64,000 bases of DNA from Podarcis cretensis (taxonomy: Eukaryota), in the NCBI GenBank assembly GCA_951804945.1, contig OX638159.1, forward strand, positions 48,546,001 through 48,610,000, written 5' to 3'. Shown one piece after another: positions 38,915 through 51,956 of this stretch; position 1 is the stretch's first letter, and every line of letters starts with the position of its first letter. The notes beneath the pieces were generated by a model. That model saw nothing but the letters and a program-made list of their open reading frames with translations. It did no database searches and was not told the DNA's origin. A program made the position numbers and the translations under genes.

Positions 38915-39155
38915 CAGTGGTACCTCTGGTTATGAACTTAATTCGTTCTGGAGGTCTGTTCTTAACCTGAAACCGTTCTTAACCTGAGGTACCACTTTAG
39001 CTAATGGGGCCTCCCACTGCCATCACGCCACTGGTGCGCGATTTCTGTTCTCATCCTGAGGTAAAGTTCTTAACCCGAGGTATTACTTCCGGGTTAGAGG
39101 AATCTGTAACTGAAGTGTTTGTAACCAAAGGTGTTTGTAACCCAAGGTACCACTG
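38915..39155. mobile_element. Tigger/pogo-like MITE (inverted relative to the 7350 copy)
   Basis: Same TIRs and TA TSD; interior is the reverse complement of 7350-7580. Confidence 0.87.
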
Positions 39156-40031
39156 TATATGAAAATAAAAGCATTCATCAGACAGTAGTACAATCAAGCT
39201 ATGAAAGTTAAGAATTATGAACAAAGCATTACTAAATTTTGTGGTTCAAATCATAGGCTAAAGAGAAAAACATTTCTTAGTCTCAATTGAGAAGAAAAGA
39301 CTCCTCCATCTCTTTCTCCCGCTTTTTTTTAAGAGCTTGGAGGAAGCTGGGGAGGAAAACCAGTACTACAAGAGGACGAGGAGGGATACTCCATTTTTCT
39401 CACATCCAGGGGAATGAAAAGGCTCTGGCTCACCATCAACAGTTTAAGGCTACAGTGATGCATTTTCAAAGTAAATGCAATGTGGAGCTATTTCCCTGAG
39501 AATCTGAAAACAGTTTCACATTGCATCATGCCCTCCCTGCACCCAAAAAAGCTTTCAAAATATGTGAAACATACCAGAAAGTGAGAGGAACTAAGAATTC
39601 AACAAGTTATCACACAAGCTTAAGTATTCCTTTAAAAACCATCATACTATGGATCAGCAATACTAATCTCATTTTGTAGGTTACTTGACCAAAAGTATTA
39701 CAGGAATGCTTTACCATAAAATATATGTCATTCAAGCACAGTATTAAACAGAAGCACCCAAAGGCAATGTTTCTACTGCTCTGTATCATTTTCAGTAAAC
39801 TAATTTATAAAATCAGACTGGAGACAAAGTCTGAAGTTGGGCTAAAGTTTTAACTGTATGCACAAAATTTTCCATCTTTCAAAAATTAATGTACAGCATA
39901 GGTACCTAACACACACGCACACAGACACACTCACAATACATGATAGACACATAGACACACACACACACTTATTTATTTTCAGGGAACAGTGCCTTAATGT
40001 TTATAAAACATTAAAATGTTCTGTTACATAC

Positions 40032-40183
40032 TTCACTGCTTATTCTGTGCACCATTTGCAGGTAGTCTTCACTTGAGCCATGTCTAGAATTATCAGCATG
40101 GTGATTAGCTGAATTGCCTGACAACTGACTTGTAACTTTATTTTCATGTATATTCCTCATCCCAATGGGACTGGATACTGAAG
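40032..40183 (-). CDS. NIPBL: NIPBL exon 7
   Basis: ASVSSPIGMRNIHENKVTSQLSGNSANHHADNSRHGSSEDYLQMVHRISSE; 152 nt. Confidence 0.96.
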
Positions 40184-41871
40184 CTGAAATAAGAGAAGAG
40201 AAGAGTGAATGCATACGTTTAAATATTTTCTAGCATAAATTTTCAAGCACAGATTTCATATTTATATTTAATCAGTGTGGTTTCTATGTTTTCTTTAACT
40301 AAAAACATATTTCAGAGATCAGATTTTGAGAACTAGTATTCCACAAATTGTAAGACTGACTAGATGAATATGGTTCCTAAACTAAATTTTCCCTAAGCTC
40401 CACACAGACTTTGACCCCAATACACCTGTGAGGCATGGGAGAGTTGTGGGTTTTTTTCTGTATGTCAATTCCGTCTGCTTAATGGTTACTAAGGTGTTCT
40501 GCCTTGAAGTCATCCTCGGCATCCTCTTGATGTTAAGAAACTCAAGAGTGTATGGCAATACCATATATTGTATTTCACTGCTTCAAAAACTTTAAAAAAG
40601 AACCCCAAACCTTAACTTTTGAGTCACTGTGAATCCCAGGAAGTCCATTCCTATGCCATCTCCCTGCTTTGGAGAGATAATTATTAACATTTCTACTTTC
40701 CCCTTTTGCTGTCTTCTCTGTTTCCCTGACCTTGCCATTCATTCTACCCTTCTTTGACCCAAAACAACTGTATTTTGAGTTTCTCCACTGCACTTAGGCC
40801 TCCACTGTAGCTTTCTGGATCACAAGCACTGCTCCCCATTCATTAAATGGAAAATGTGAGCTTTTCCCCACTTCCATCCCCTACCCTCTCATACACATAT
40901 AACTGTTTAAGCCACTTTCCTATTTTTGTAGCAACACATTTTCTATCTTCACCCAAACTGGAACTCTGTTCTTTGCTATTTCACCATATAACTGAAGTGC
41001 ATGACAACAGCCCATGAACATTTAAAATTTTGCATCCATTGCTGACATGTACACTTTAATGTTTGTGTGAAACATATGATCAGGAACAGCATATAAAGTA
41101 CGAATTTCCATTGGAATTGTTTTGAATATTTATTAAAAAATCACCTGTTTGCAGCCTATACTTTCGTTGCACCAGCTTTTGTTTTACTATGTTTTTATAT
41201 GTGTCGGAAGCCCCCCAGAAACACAGGGTATAATAATAATAATAACATAATATAATATAATTAATATAATATAATATAAACTTACAGAATTGTAATTAAA
41301 ATTGTTGTTGTTTTACTTACAATTCTGTTAATAGTAACACTGTTAAAATAAAGGTCTGACATAACTAATTCGTGTCTTCAAGCTTTAACTCATAGTTATA
41401 AAATTAATTATTCTGAAGATTAAAGTTTTACACTTACTGTAGTTTATAAACTGCAAGTTGTGTTATCAAATAGGTGGAAATAAAGGTTTAGAGAAAAATT
41501 AGCTAACTATAACTCTCTATTTTAAAGAGAATAATTTGTGTACACATAATACATTCTATGAAATAAAAATGGGAGCAATTATTCCATCTTATTGTCTGTA
41601 TTTTGGTATTTTGGTATTTTGGTATTGGTATTTTGTTTTAGAGTGCAACTGAAAGAGTTTTAATGCTCAAGATTAATTCTTAGAAGTACAATCAGTCACC
41701 AGCAGCACATTTGAATATTTTCTTCATTATCCATATGCTCACCAGTTGTAAGGTATGAATTTCTGATGTAAGAAGAAGTACTTAGATTGAATAGTATATC
41801 AGAATGTGATACAGTGACAAAAACCAACTCTGTACATATATATATTCCAAAGACACAGAGAAAATAAATAC

Positions 41872-42023
41872 CTTGCTGTATCTGCGGGTGAGGCGTGTAA
41901 CTTGGAGGGTGTGAATATGGCAAATATCCTGCAGGGCTTTGAGGAGCATATGGACTAGGCACAGGGCTGTTTTGTGGTGCCATAAATCTATTACCAGAGC
42001 TTGTTTGTGGTGGCACAAATCGA
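41872..42023 (-). CDS. NIPBL: NIPBL exon 6
   Basis: RFVPPQTSSGNRFMAPQNSPVPSPYAPQSPAGYLPYSHPPSYTPHPQIQQ; 152 nt. Confidence 0.96.
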
Positions 42024-43427
42024 CTGTAAATAAAATCCAAACAAAGCATATATGAACATCAATCTAAACATGATTTTCCTCAAATAGTTTCACAGATGTT
42101 ATGCAATGCAATAAACAGATAATACAATTCCTAGTAATTAATGGATTGGATTCACAGGTGCTCTTCCATGAGGAGAAAGCTTCTTCAACTCATGGTAGGG
42201 CCATATAGATCTCCCAGAGGAGGAAATTCTTAAAATAGTCCTGTACTGTTGGAAAGACCAGTATTATCCCAGGGAGGAATGGTTCACAGTCTCCTCCCCT
42301 GACACAGTCTGGAGAGCTCTTCCATCCCACACCCCAAGAGTCAATGGGGGGAGGGGTCCGGTTGCACTAGTGAAAGTCCTTGTGGAGCGTCTACTGGCAG
42401 ACTGGTTTTTCAAATATGCCTCGAATAATTTAGATAGAGCAAGGGGATCAGACTGTGAGAATCTAAAATAGATTTGTTTAAATATCACCATATATTATTC
42501 ATTAATATCTGTAATGAACCCTGTATAAAATTTTAGAAAAACCAAGTCTGACTAATGAATTTATAAAGATTAAGAAACTTCCTCCTTTTCTTTACACAAG
42601 TAAATGAAAATTGGAAAAAGAAGTGCAAGCACTATAAAATTGTGAGCACTGCTGTTGAGTAAAAGCTGCTTACAGAAAATCTCAAAACCAATGTCATAAA
42701 CTGTGCTTAACTACTTTCCTTGTCCATGTATATACTAGCAACCTTTTCTAACTGATTACACTATGCATTTCCTAATAACTCCTCAAATTATAATTGAAGG
42801 CACTAAAAAGTTTTCCTGGCATTTTAAGTGCATTGTATGCATAATACCAAGACCTTAGTAAGTCAACACACCTTGCATTAAATATCAAATAATTCCTTTT
42901 ATTGCCAAATATTTGGAGAACAGTCCTTGTGCGTTTCATAAGTTCATTTTAATTTTTGCAGTCCAAATTACTATTTCACTGACATTTCTTAACAGAGAAT
43001 CAATTGCAATTTCGTAAAATCTATCAGAATTTCTGTTTATGTACATCCCTGCAATAATCTTGTGAACTGCTGCTTAAACCCCCATATTGCATCAATTGTT
43101 AAGGGAAAGGTTGAAATGAGAACTGCCAATAAGGACGTTTGCTGGGGGGGCGGGGATTACTTCAGGTGTAACTGAGACAGTTCTGAGAGTTTGGGGACTC
43201 AGTGTTGAGTATCTGAATTCTGGATGCACACTCTACTGAATCCTACCCCTACAGCCTGGCATCATACTGTATGCCATTTTTATGGTTCATCTAGTTATGC
43301 GTTTTGTCTGGGGTTCAAAGTGCCTCACTTCAATATTTAGAAAAACAGTAGTCCTTACTCAAAATATTAAATAGGTTTTATATACAGGCTTAAAAAATTA
43401 TAATCCTATGTTACAAACTTCATTTAC

Positions 43428-43527
43428 CTGGAAGGGCTATGAGAGATAGTGGTTTGCTGATAATTGGAAGATGCAGGACTACCATGCATGGAATTCTGAG
43501 ACAGTTTGTACTGCGGCATCATCATTC
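43428..43527 (-). CDS. NIPBL: NIPBL exon 5
   Basis: MMMPQYKLSQNSMHGSPASSNYQQTTISHSPS; 100 nt; AG/GT. Confidence 0.96.
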
Positions 43528-43673
43528 CTTAAAACAAAACAAAAGGTTTTAGAAGTCACATCAAAGTATCTACTTACTTGTATATTTAATCCAATGCTTT
43601 GTTTTCCAGTTGTCATAACTACTACAAAATATCTATGCACATTTGTGCATATGACAATGGTATCTGAGCAACA

Positions 43674-43716
<43 letters not shown>
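43674..43716. repeat. Compound microsatellite (CT)n(CA)n
   Basis: Seen directly in the sequence. Confidence 0.95.
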
Positions 43717-44089
43717 ATTGGCCAGCATCTCAAAATCCATTCTCAGCAGCATACATAGCCCTACAGCTTTCTGCAATTTTTCAGAGCAGTTACAGGTGCT
43801 TATCTTAATGTAGCACACATGAAATACTGGATTACTGCTGAAAGAAAAAGTAATATACTATACCTCCCCTTTATTTTACAGGTCAGAAAGCAATAGTTCC
43901 ATTCAGACAATACACACAAAATCATAATGTGCATAGTTTCGAATCCACACCATAATTTAAACTTACTAATGTATGGGCAAGTTTAGAGCTACCACTTTGC
44001 TACATCTTTTCATCTCCTCAGTACTTCCAGAGGAAATGGAGCAATGGCCAAAGCAAAAGTTTGTCAGATATTATGCTAATAATAATCAC

Positions 44090-44090
44090 A

Positions 44091-44121
<31 letters not shown>

Positions 44122-44180
44122 TATTATTATTGTTATTATTATTATTATTAGCACCCTGACCATCTGACTGGGTTGCTACC
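44090..44180 (-). repeat. (TTA)n microsatellite, tail of a tiny L2 3' remnant
   Basis: About 20 TTA units followed by ccatctgactgggttgc. Confidence 0.8.
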
Positions 44181-44342
44181 TTGAAACACTTGGCTCGGGA
44201 TAAACCTCAAGTGGCTGTACTACTTAACATTTACTTAGATCCAGTGGTATACTAGGCACTGCAGAAGAACATAAAAAAGTAACTCCCCTAGGAACAGATG
44301 CACTTGTTTGAAACTGAATGCTCTTGTGTCTAATTCATCTGA

Positions 44343-45142
44343 CAGATTAGAGAACTGGACCAAAACAAACAAGATGAATTTTAACAGGGAGAAATGTAAA
44401 GTATTGCACTTGGGCAAAAAAAATGAGAGGCACAAATACAAGATGGGTGACACCTGGCTTGAGAGCAGTACATGTGAAAAGGATCTAGGAGTCTTGGTTG
44501 ACCACAAACTTGACATGAGCCCACAGTGTGACGCGGCAGCTAAAAAAGCCAATGCAATTCTGGGCTGCATCAATAGGAGTATAGCATCTAGATCAAGGGA
44601 AGTAATAGTGCCACTGTATTCTGCTCTGGTCAGACCTCACCTGGAGTACTGTGTCCAGTTCTGGGCACCACAGTTCAAGAAGGACACTGACAAACTGGAA
44701 CGTGTCCAGAGGAGGGCAACCAAAATGGTCAAAGGCCTGGAAACGATGCCTTATGAGGAATGGCTAAGGGAGCTGGGCATGTTTAGCCTGGAGAAGAGGA
44801 GGTTAAGGGGTGATATGATACCATGTTCAAATATATAAAAGGATGTCACATAGAGGAGGGAGAAAGGTTGTTTTCTGCTGCTCCAGAGAAGCGGACACGG
44901 AGCAATGGTTCCAAGCTACAAGAAAAAAGATTCCACCTAAACATTAGGAAGAACTTCCTGACAGTAAGAGCTGTTCGACAGTGGAATTTGCTGCCAAGGA
45001 GTGTGGTGGAGTCTCCTTCTTTGGAGGTCTTTAAGCAGAGGCTTGACAACCATATGTCAGGAGTGCTCTGATGGTGTTTCCTGCTTGGCAGGGGGTTGGA
45101 CTCGATGGCCCTTGTGGTCTCTTCCAACTCTATGATTCTATG
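44343..45142 (+). mobile_element. CR1 LINE, 5'-truncated, young
   Basis: ORFs 44308..44838 and 44823..45071 encode the CR1 ORF2 C-terminus ([21 protein letters not shown]) with one frameshift; (ATTCTATG)n tail; TSD ATTCATCTGA. Confidence 0.93.
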
Positions 45143-45297
45143 ATTCATCTGAATCACAGCACATTTTCATATAATAACAGAAAACCAACTATAAGAATCT
45201 GAATTGTATCCACAATCAGTTTAGAGTATCACAATGAAAAGTAACACAGCTGCATAATATCTTGCTTAGAAATAATAAAATGAATAAAAACTCTCAC

Positions 45298-45428
45298 CAC
45301 TTTGTACCCCGTATCTGTTTTGCATGCTTTTCTCCCTGAAAACATTAGGATTCCTTGCCAGGACAGCCTGCAGCAAGACTGGTATATCTCCTTCTGGATC
45401 ATCACTGCCAAGGTTATCTTTCAGTTCT
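45298..45428 (-). CDS. NIPBL: NIPBL exon 4
   Basis: ELKDNLGSDDPEGDIPVLLQAVLARNPNVFREKSMQNRYGVQSG; 131 nt; donor GTGAGA. Confidence 0.97.
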
Positions 45429-46869
45429 CTGGCATTGGAGATAAACAAACAGGGACTGATGAGATTTTTTTTTCAAAAATACAGGAAGTTACTAAACTGG
45501 CAATTTGTACAAGATTATTAACACATATCCTATTTTCTTTCCAATGGGAACTGTTGCAACTCATGTTTCTATGGCAGAGTACACGGGCAGCACTCTGGAC
45601 AGTTACAACCAGAATCAGTGAGTTCTGGAAATCATTGTATTGTTACTTGTACATCACTGAGAGACAATTGTAATTAAGCAGTATGTAAATTGTCAAAAAT
45701 AAATAATCCTTTGCTCATCGTGGTTAATGTGATGTATCAATGAATAATACAGCAATCCTACAAGATGAAGAGTCACTCTAAATCTTTGTGTAAGCTATCC
45801 TGTAAATTATGGATGGAATCTACTCAATTTTCTCTACACAACCAGTTTTGTGTTGCTACCTGTTATCTTGTTTTGTCTGACCAATTCCTCTGTCCAATTT
45901 ATTCTGAAGCTAAATTTTCAACTTTATATTGTTCTTTTGGGCTCGATACTGGCAACTGTGTTTCTGATTAGAAAGACACTTCGCCTGTCTCAATTTTGCC
46001 TGTCAATAATTGGCATCAGAGCAACCATCTTGGCTGTCTTTAGAACTGAGCACCAGATCTGATCTATTTTATTTGAGAAGCTATGAAAAATGCCTACAGG
46101 ACTTTTGATCAAGTTGTTATGATTAGGCCCAGCTCAGGGTCATGGGAACACACTGTGCCAGCTGGTTATGACCTCCTCTTCAAAGCAAGCTTTAAAAAAA
46201 TATGGATTATACATCTCTAAATTAAATACAGCTTTCACATGCCAAAAGCAGGTCAACGGACAGGATACTTAAGCTCACCTACACTACTGTTCTATCTCCT
46301 GCCCATAAGATTACTTTGCTTAAACACTTAATATATTGTCTTCACTCTATTTTCATCAGGTCAATAAGCCACACATTCATTAGGAGTTCATGTTAGGGCC
46401 ACTTTTCCCCAGACCAGAACTCTTTCCTAAGTAGAATTTTTTCTCTATGAAACCTTAAAAATTGTTCAGAACTAATACGTACATTTTTATCCAGACCTCT
46501 TCTGCATCTCCCCAAATAAATTATAATTGGGTGAAGACCCTGGTGAGATGTTTAATCTTGTCAGTACAAGGCCACTGATTAAGTGCCCTGTTCTCTAAAA
46601 TAATTCTTACGTTTAAAATCCATTCGAACCACCTTCTTTGAAATTAGTTTCTACAGCACCAAATCTGAAGTTTATTGCTGGCATCCAATCCAGCACAATA
46701 ATAGATAAGTGGCCATCTGTTGCTGAAAAATATACAGCCATGTTCAATAATTACAGAATCTTGCATTCTATTAGGACAGAACAACACAGTAATATCTATA
46801 ACCTGCCTCTACTATAGTTTATACTGAAACTTTTTGACATTAATTTGTGAAGTGACTTTTAATACGTAC

Positions 46870-47035
46870 ATATGATCTGTTGAAACCTGGTTGAGGCTGT
46901 GCACAAGCTGTGAAACCAGATTTTCATCTCTACAGGCCAAAAGGCAGTTCACCTCTTCTGCAATTCGTCCATTAAAGAGCAAGCTTTTTGTAGTTGTAGC
47001 AGGTAAAGGTGATGGAAGAGGAAGCTGGTTCAAAA
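46870..47035 (-). CDS. NIPBL: NIPBL exon 3
   Basis: LLNQLPLPSPLPATTTKSLLFNGRIAEEVNCLLACRDENLVSQLVHSLNQVSTDHI; AG/GT boundaries; 166 nt. Confidence 0.97.
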
Positions 47036-47927
47036 CTATTTTGAAAAGAGTAAAAAAAAAAATTGCATGATTCCACCAATACATAAATGTTTTAGAAAGC
47101 ATTTCTCCCCACTTCCCATTGCTAATTTGAGCATTGTGCAGATTGTGATTGGCAATGTGCTCAGTTACAGTGCCTAGTACATCATTAATGACAATCAGTA
47201 TTTTGCCAGTGCCAAAACCTATGCCATAACTGAACTAGATGCATTAATTTCAAAACTAGTTTCACTATTAAGAAAAATGCATACCAGTCAAACTATCAGT
47301 TCCACCTGCACCAGTGCCCTGTTGCATAGACCTTCAAAAATGAATTTGGGGGGTGTTTAGGCACTCTCCTTACTTCAGTAAATATATCCCTGGAATATAT
47401 TTTGTTTCATATGTCCTGTCAATTTCACTTCACAAAAGCTAAATCAACAATGCTCTAAACAAGGCATTTCCTAATCCCTACTATCTTCTCACATGAAGAA
47501 CCTAGGAGTGTGCAGGTGACCACCCACCCACAAAGGGAGCCTAGTAAGGTGCTGCAGCTTTCATTTCAAACCAGAACAAAGGAACCTTTAATGTCATCCT
47601 TCTGCCCAAGAAGAAGGTAGGCAGTTTAGAGATTATAGAGTAGCAGCTGAATTTCACTATGCAGGTTTCAATCTCAAAGTTTTTATTAAATTATGAATAA
47701 AGCATTCTTTAGTAGGAACCAGATTCCACAAAGGCCATATGGTCATCTGCCCAATACCCCTCCAACTTTTATTCACAGACAAAGAGAAACCCATAAAATG
47801 CCAAAGGGCTGAGAGAGTTTAAAGAAACTAAACCCACCCCACCATAAAAATAAATGTGCAATTCAGAATTTTGCTCCCCAAATGGGTTAATTAATGAATT
47901 GCAACAAAACTCAAGAGAGATACTTAC

Positions 47928-47991
47928 GGTCTGTGAGACTAGCAATCCCTGCAAGAGTAGTGATGGGAACATGAGGCATATCCCCATTCAT
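47928..47991 (-). CDS. NIPBL: NIPBL exon 2 coding part (start codon; MAU2-binding N-terminus)
   Basis: ATG at 47991 encodes MNGDMPHVPITTLAGIASLTD; donor C|GTAAGT; 64 nt. Exon acceptor ttctcattccAG at 48072-48073 gives 80 nt of 5'UTR. Confidence 0.97.
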
Positions 47992-48015
47992 CCTGAAATG
48001 TTGGGATGGTAGTGC

Positions 48016-48061
48016 CTACACACAGATCTTAGTTCGGATGCCAGCTATCATTACTTCCCAT
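48016..48061 (-). promoter_or_regulatory. Two overlapping uORFs in the exon-2 5'UTR
   Basis: ATG 48061 to TAA 48029 (MGSNDSWHPN*); ATG 48051 to TAG 48016 (MIAGIRTKICV*); both end before the main ATG at 47991. Confidence 0.7.
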
Positions 48062-49218
48062 CTCCCAAGCACTGGAATGAGAAAGAAATACTTATTTTGC
48101 AAAGAACCACCAAGAAGTTCCCAAGTATGTAAAAAAATAATTTTACTGAACTTTATTATTCTTACAGCAACTATAGTAAAAAAAAGAAGTAAAGAATCTA
48201 TTGATTTCATCAACACAAGGAAAACAACTGCCATGATTTTGTAGATAGACATTACATGGATGACACCTTCTTCTAGGTTTGTAAAGTCACCAGTCGACCC
48301 CCCCTCCCAAAAAAAACCCAACAACATGTGGCCAATTAAAATTTGTGTAGGTTATTCAGTTTTGTGTATTTACCTGCACAGTTCGGAAATTAGAAAAATC
48401 TAATCACATGCCTCTAGTGATCCTCTAGATTAAATAATTAACATGTGAAAGCAGTTACTTCTTGATGAACCATTACTATAAATCAGCAAGGTAAAAAAGT
48501 TTCCTTTCACACATTTGTTTTCTTTAATGTGCAGATAAAGTAAGTTAATTGCACATCTGAAGTGTAAATGTGACTCTTAAAAAAGTATTGGAAATCACTT
48601 GGGCCCTGATGTACATACGCTTGGTCACAAACTTGGGTTTATCTCTACATAGTGTGAAATAAAGCCTTTAATGTCGAGTAAGTTTTAATTATACATTCTG
48701 ACCATTTAACAAAACACAATACTATGAAGTTTCTTAGCCATACAGAGCACATGACAAATCGAAATAAGTGAAAGGCTGGAAATAAGAGCATTTGTTTTTA
48801 CATCTATAGTTAATGCCTAGCTAGTTTCACTAATCTCCACACATCTGCAGAATGTCTTCTAGAATATCAAAAGGCAACTTTTGCACAATAATCACTGTGG
48901 AACTTACAGGGAGATGGCGATCTACTGCTATTTAGAAGTTAATAAACCATAAAGCACAAAAATACATACACCATACATCACACAGGCCAGTTACTGACTA
49001 GCAAAGGGAAGACAGATCAGATTGGGGAACTGTATATGCCGCATTTATCTCTATTTTTTAACAGCTGAAGATCGTAGCTAGATCAGGACAATGGTGTTAT
49101 AACAGAAACTGTTTAGATTACCTTTCTGCAGACAACTTACAGAACAAATATAGTGTAATTTCAGGATGGGGGCTAATTAGAGAATGTTCATCTAGACAAG
49201 TCACATTCAGTTTCATAC

Positions 49219-49248
<30 letters not shown>

Positions 49249-49249
<1 letters not shown>

Positions 49250-49835
49250 TATTATTATTATTATTATTATTTATTATTTATACGCCGCCCATCTGGCTGG
49301 GTTTCCCCAGCCACTCTGGGCGGCTTCCAAAAGAATATTAAAATACTGTGATACATTAAACATTAAAAGCTTCCCTAAACAGGGCTGCCTTCAGATGTCT
49401 TCTAAAAGTCTGGTAGTTGTTGTTCTCTTTGACATCTGGTGGGAGGGCGTTCCACAGGGAGGGCGCCACTACTGAGAAGGCCCTCTGCCTGGTTCCCTGT
49501 AACTTGGCTTCTCGCAGTGAGGGAACCGCCAGAAGGCCCTCGGTGCTGGACCTCAGTGTCCGGGTAGAACGATGGGGGTGGAGACGCTCCTTCAGGTATA
49601 CTGGACCGAGACCGTTTAGGGCTTTAAAGGTCAGCACCAAAACTTTGAATTGTGCTCGGAAACGTACTGGGAGCCAATGTAGGTTTTTCAAGACCAGTGT
49701 TATATGGTCTCGGCGGCCGCTCCCAGTCACCAGTCTGGCTGTTGCATTCTGGATTAGTTGTAGTTTCCGGGTCACCTTCAAAGGTAGCCCCACGTAGAGC
49801 GCATTGCAGTAGTCCAAGCAGGAGATAACCAGATG
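49249..49835 (-). mobile_element. L2 LINE 3' end, 5'-truncated, young
   Basis: ORF 49356..49853 LDYCNALYVGLP...LHWLPVRFRAQFK...LWNALP; 3' hairpin region and (TAA)n tail. Confidence 0.9.
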
Positions 49836-50469
49836 AATACCACATTTCAACACCCATTAGAAATGAAACACTAAAGAATCCCCTCCCATATATTTATACA
49901 GTGGTAGTGCTGCTCTTGTGACCCACCTTAGATCATGCCATGACCCAGGAGTGGGTCCCAGCCCACCAGTTTAAGATCAAAGTCTTGATAGGACAAAGTA
50001 GGGTGCATTAGATTCCTCAAATGCTTCCAGCCCCCCAAAGGTCAGTGTTTGCTGTCTCCAATGATGATGCCAGACCAATCATTACTGTAATTTTACACAG
50101 TAATCAACCAACATGAAGGTATTTTGTTGTAAATAATTAAAATGTACTAAGAGAAAATGCTGTTATATTCCATCTCAATGCTGGGTTTCACCTTACTATT
50201 CAAGACTTACTTGGCATGGACCATATCCATCTCATTGCTACGTAAATTCCTAATTCAGGATGCTAATTACAACTGGCAGCTTTAAAGGCTGTTACCCAAA
50301 AATGAACAAGGCAATTACAGATCCAAACAAAAGTATAACATACATAAGAATCAGTTATATGATGAAAAATGACAGCTTATTTTGCTCTTATTTTTGTCCA
50401 GTTGCTGGTAGGCTTTGAATTTACAATATAACAAATATAACTGCGCTAGAGACATCTGAGGGTAAAGAA

Positions 50470-50625
50470 AAAGGCTGTTGTTCAGTAGCAGAGCAAAGGT
50501 TTAGCACGCAGAAGGTTCCTAATTCAATCTCCAGTTACATGATTAAATTGAATGTAATGGGAAAGACCTCTGCTGGAGAACCTGGCCAGTCATCAGAGCA
50601 GACAGTATTAAAGCAGATTTCCATA
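50470..50625 (+). mobile_element. Degraded Squam3-like SINE
   Basis: gttcagtagcagagca...gcagaaggttcctaattcaatctcc...gggaaagacctctgc. Confidence 0.5.
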
Positions 50626-51956
50626 TGCCCTTCACTATCACAGTATACCTTCTGCAGCTAGAACTGTGTATTTTTAAGAAGAAGAAATAAATTTGAAGAT
50701 TGAGGAAAATATTTTTTTAATATGTAAGAATGTAAGCAGTTTTACTGATACAGCTGATTCTCTGTGGTTATTTTGATCCATTTTGATCCATATAAGACAG
50801 AAATTAAGTCATCTTCTTTTCATAAAACAAGTTATAGGAAAAGGGCTTCCATTTAATTATATCATTCAAAAGTATAATCCTTACACATGCACGTGTCTAA
50901 GTATAAATATGGATTTGTCCACAAGAGGGCGCATGCTATACTATAGTCTCAGATCAAAGTTACTGTACAGCAATTCTTGTAATACTTGTGTGAAATTCTG
51001 AATGCAACAGGTGAAATAAGACAAAACTGTTAGCAAACATGGCATGAGGCAGCACTAGCAGTCATCTTAAAGAGGTATAAGCAACTGCTGTCAGTACAAA
51101 AACTCAAAAGTGAATAGATCAATATATTTAAAATCAGTGAATATCAGAAAAGTACATCAAATAATAATTGGTATAAATCAAGTATCTCCCCCCCCCCGCC
51201 CTGCCCCCCCGCCACCATATAATACAAGTTCCTGAACAAACACATATTCCAATTGTTTGCTATAACAGTTGACACATATTGATTTGCAACTGAATATAAC
51301 TTTTATACTAGTTAAGAGCATTGTCCAAAACTTTGGCATTATGCAATCCAGATCCCTGTTTTGTATTTCAAATATTATTTTCTGAGAGATCAGGGATAGA
51401 ATTGTAAAATAAATTGTTTGTTTTTGCTTTCCCTCTACCCACATGAGGGTGCTAAGCAAAATCCCTTACTTTGATACGGAATGCCCAGAACTTTATAGAA
51501 GTTCTGCAGCGACAGAGCAGAACAGTGTTTTTCCATCAGGTAAAACAAGATGTCTATGCTATTTATAAATAATTTTCCTCAGTAATAAATGTGCAACTAT
51601 TGTGTCACCTATAAATCTAGAATCGCCCATGAAGGCACAAGCTACTTCCATGGTGAGAAGTGCCTTTTTACCACCTCCGGTTAGTACTTCATCTGTAACT
51701 GTTTCTGTTTCATAGCTACAGTGGTTCTTCCATTGGTTACTTTATGACTAGATTATTGCAAGGTGTTTTATATGGGGGAGTCTTTTGATTTGGTTCAAAA
51801 AGTTGTAACTGGTGCAGAACACTGTGGCAAGGCAGGTGTCTAGTCACAAACATAACACCAGTACTACAGAAACTGCACTGGCTGCCAGTTAGCTACAAAT
51901 CCAGGTTCAAGGTGCCTGAGGTGACTTACAAAGCCCAATGCAACTTAGGGCCTAGG

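Larger units (their letters stand above)
315..48071 (-). other. NIPBL: NIPBL gene body (Nipped-B-like / Scc2 cohesin loader), exons 2-25; gene continues beyond both window edges
   Basis: Spliced translation MNGDMPHVPITTLAGIASLTDLLNQLPLPSPLP...LDYLEENTETDAALV matches vertebrate NIPBL. There are 24 exons with GT-AG junctions and consistent phase, and 4896 coding nt in the window. Confidence 0.99.
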
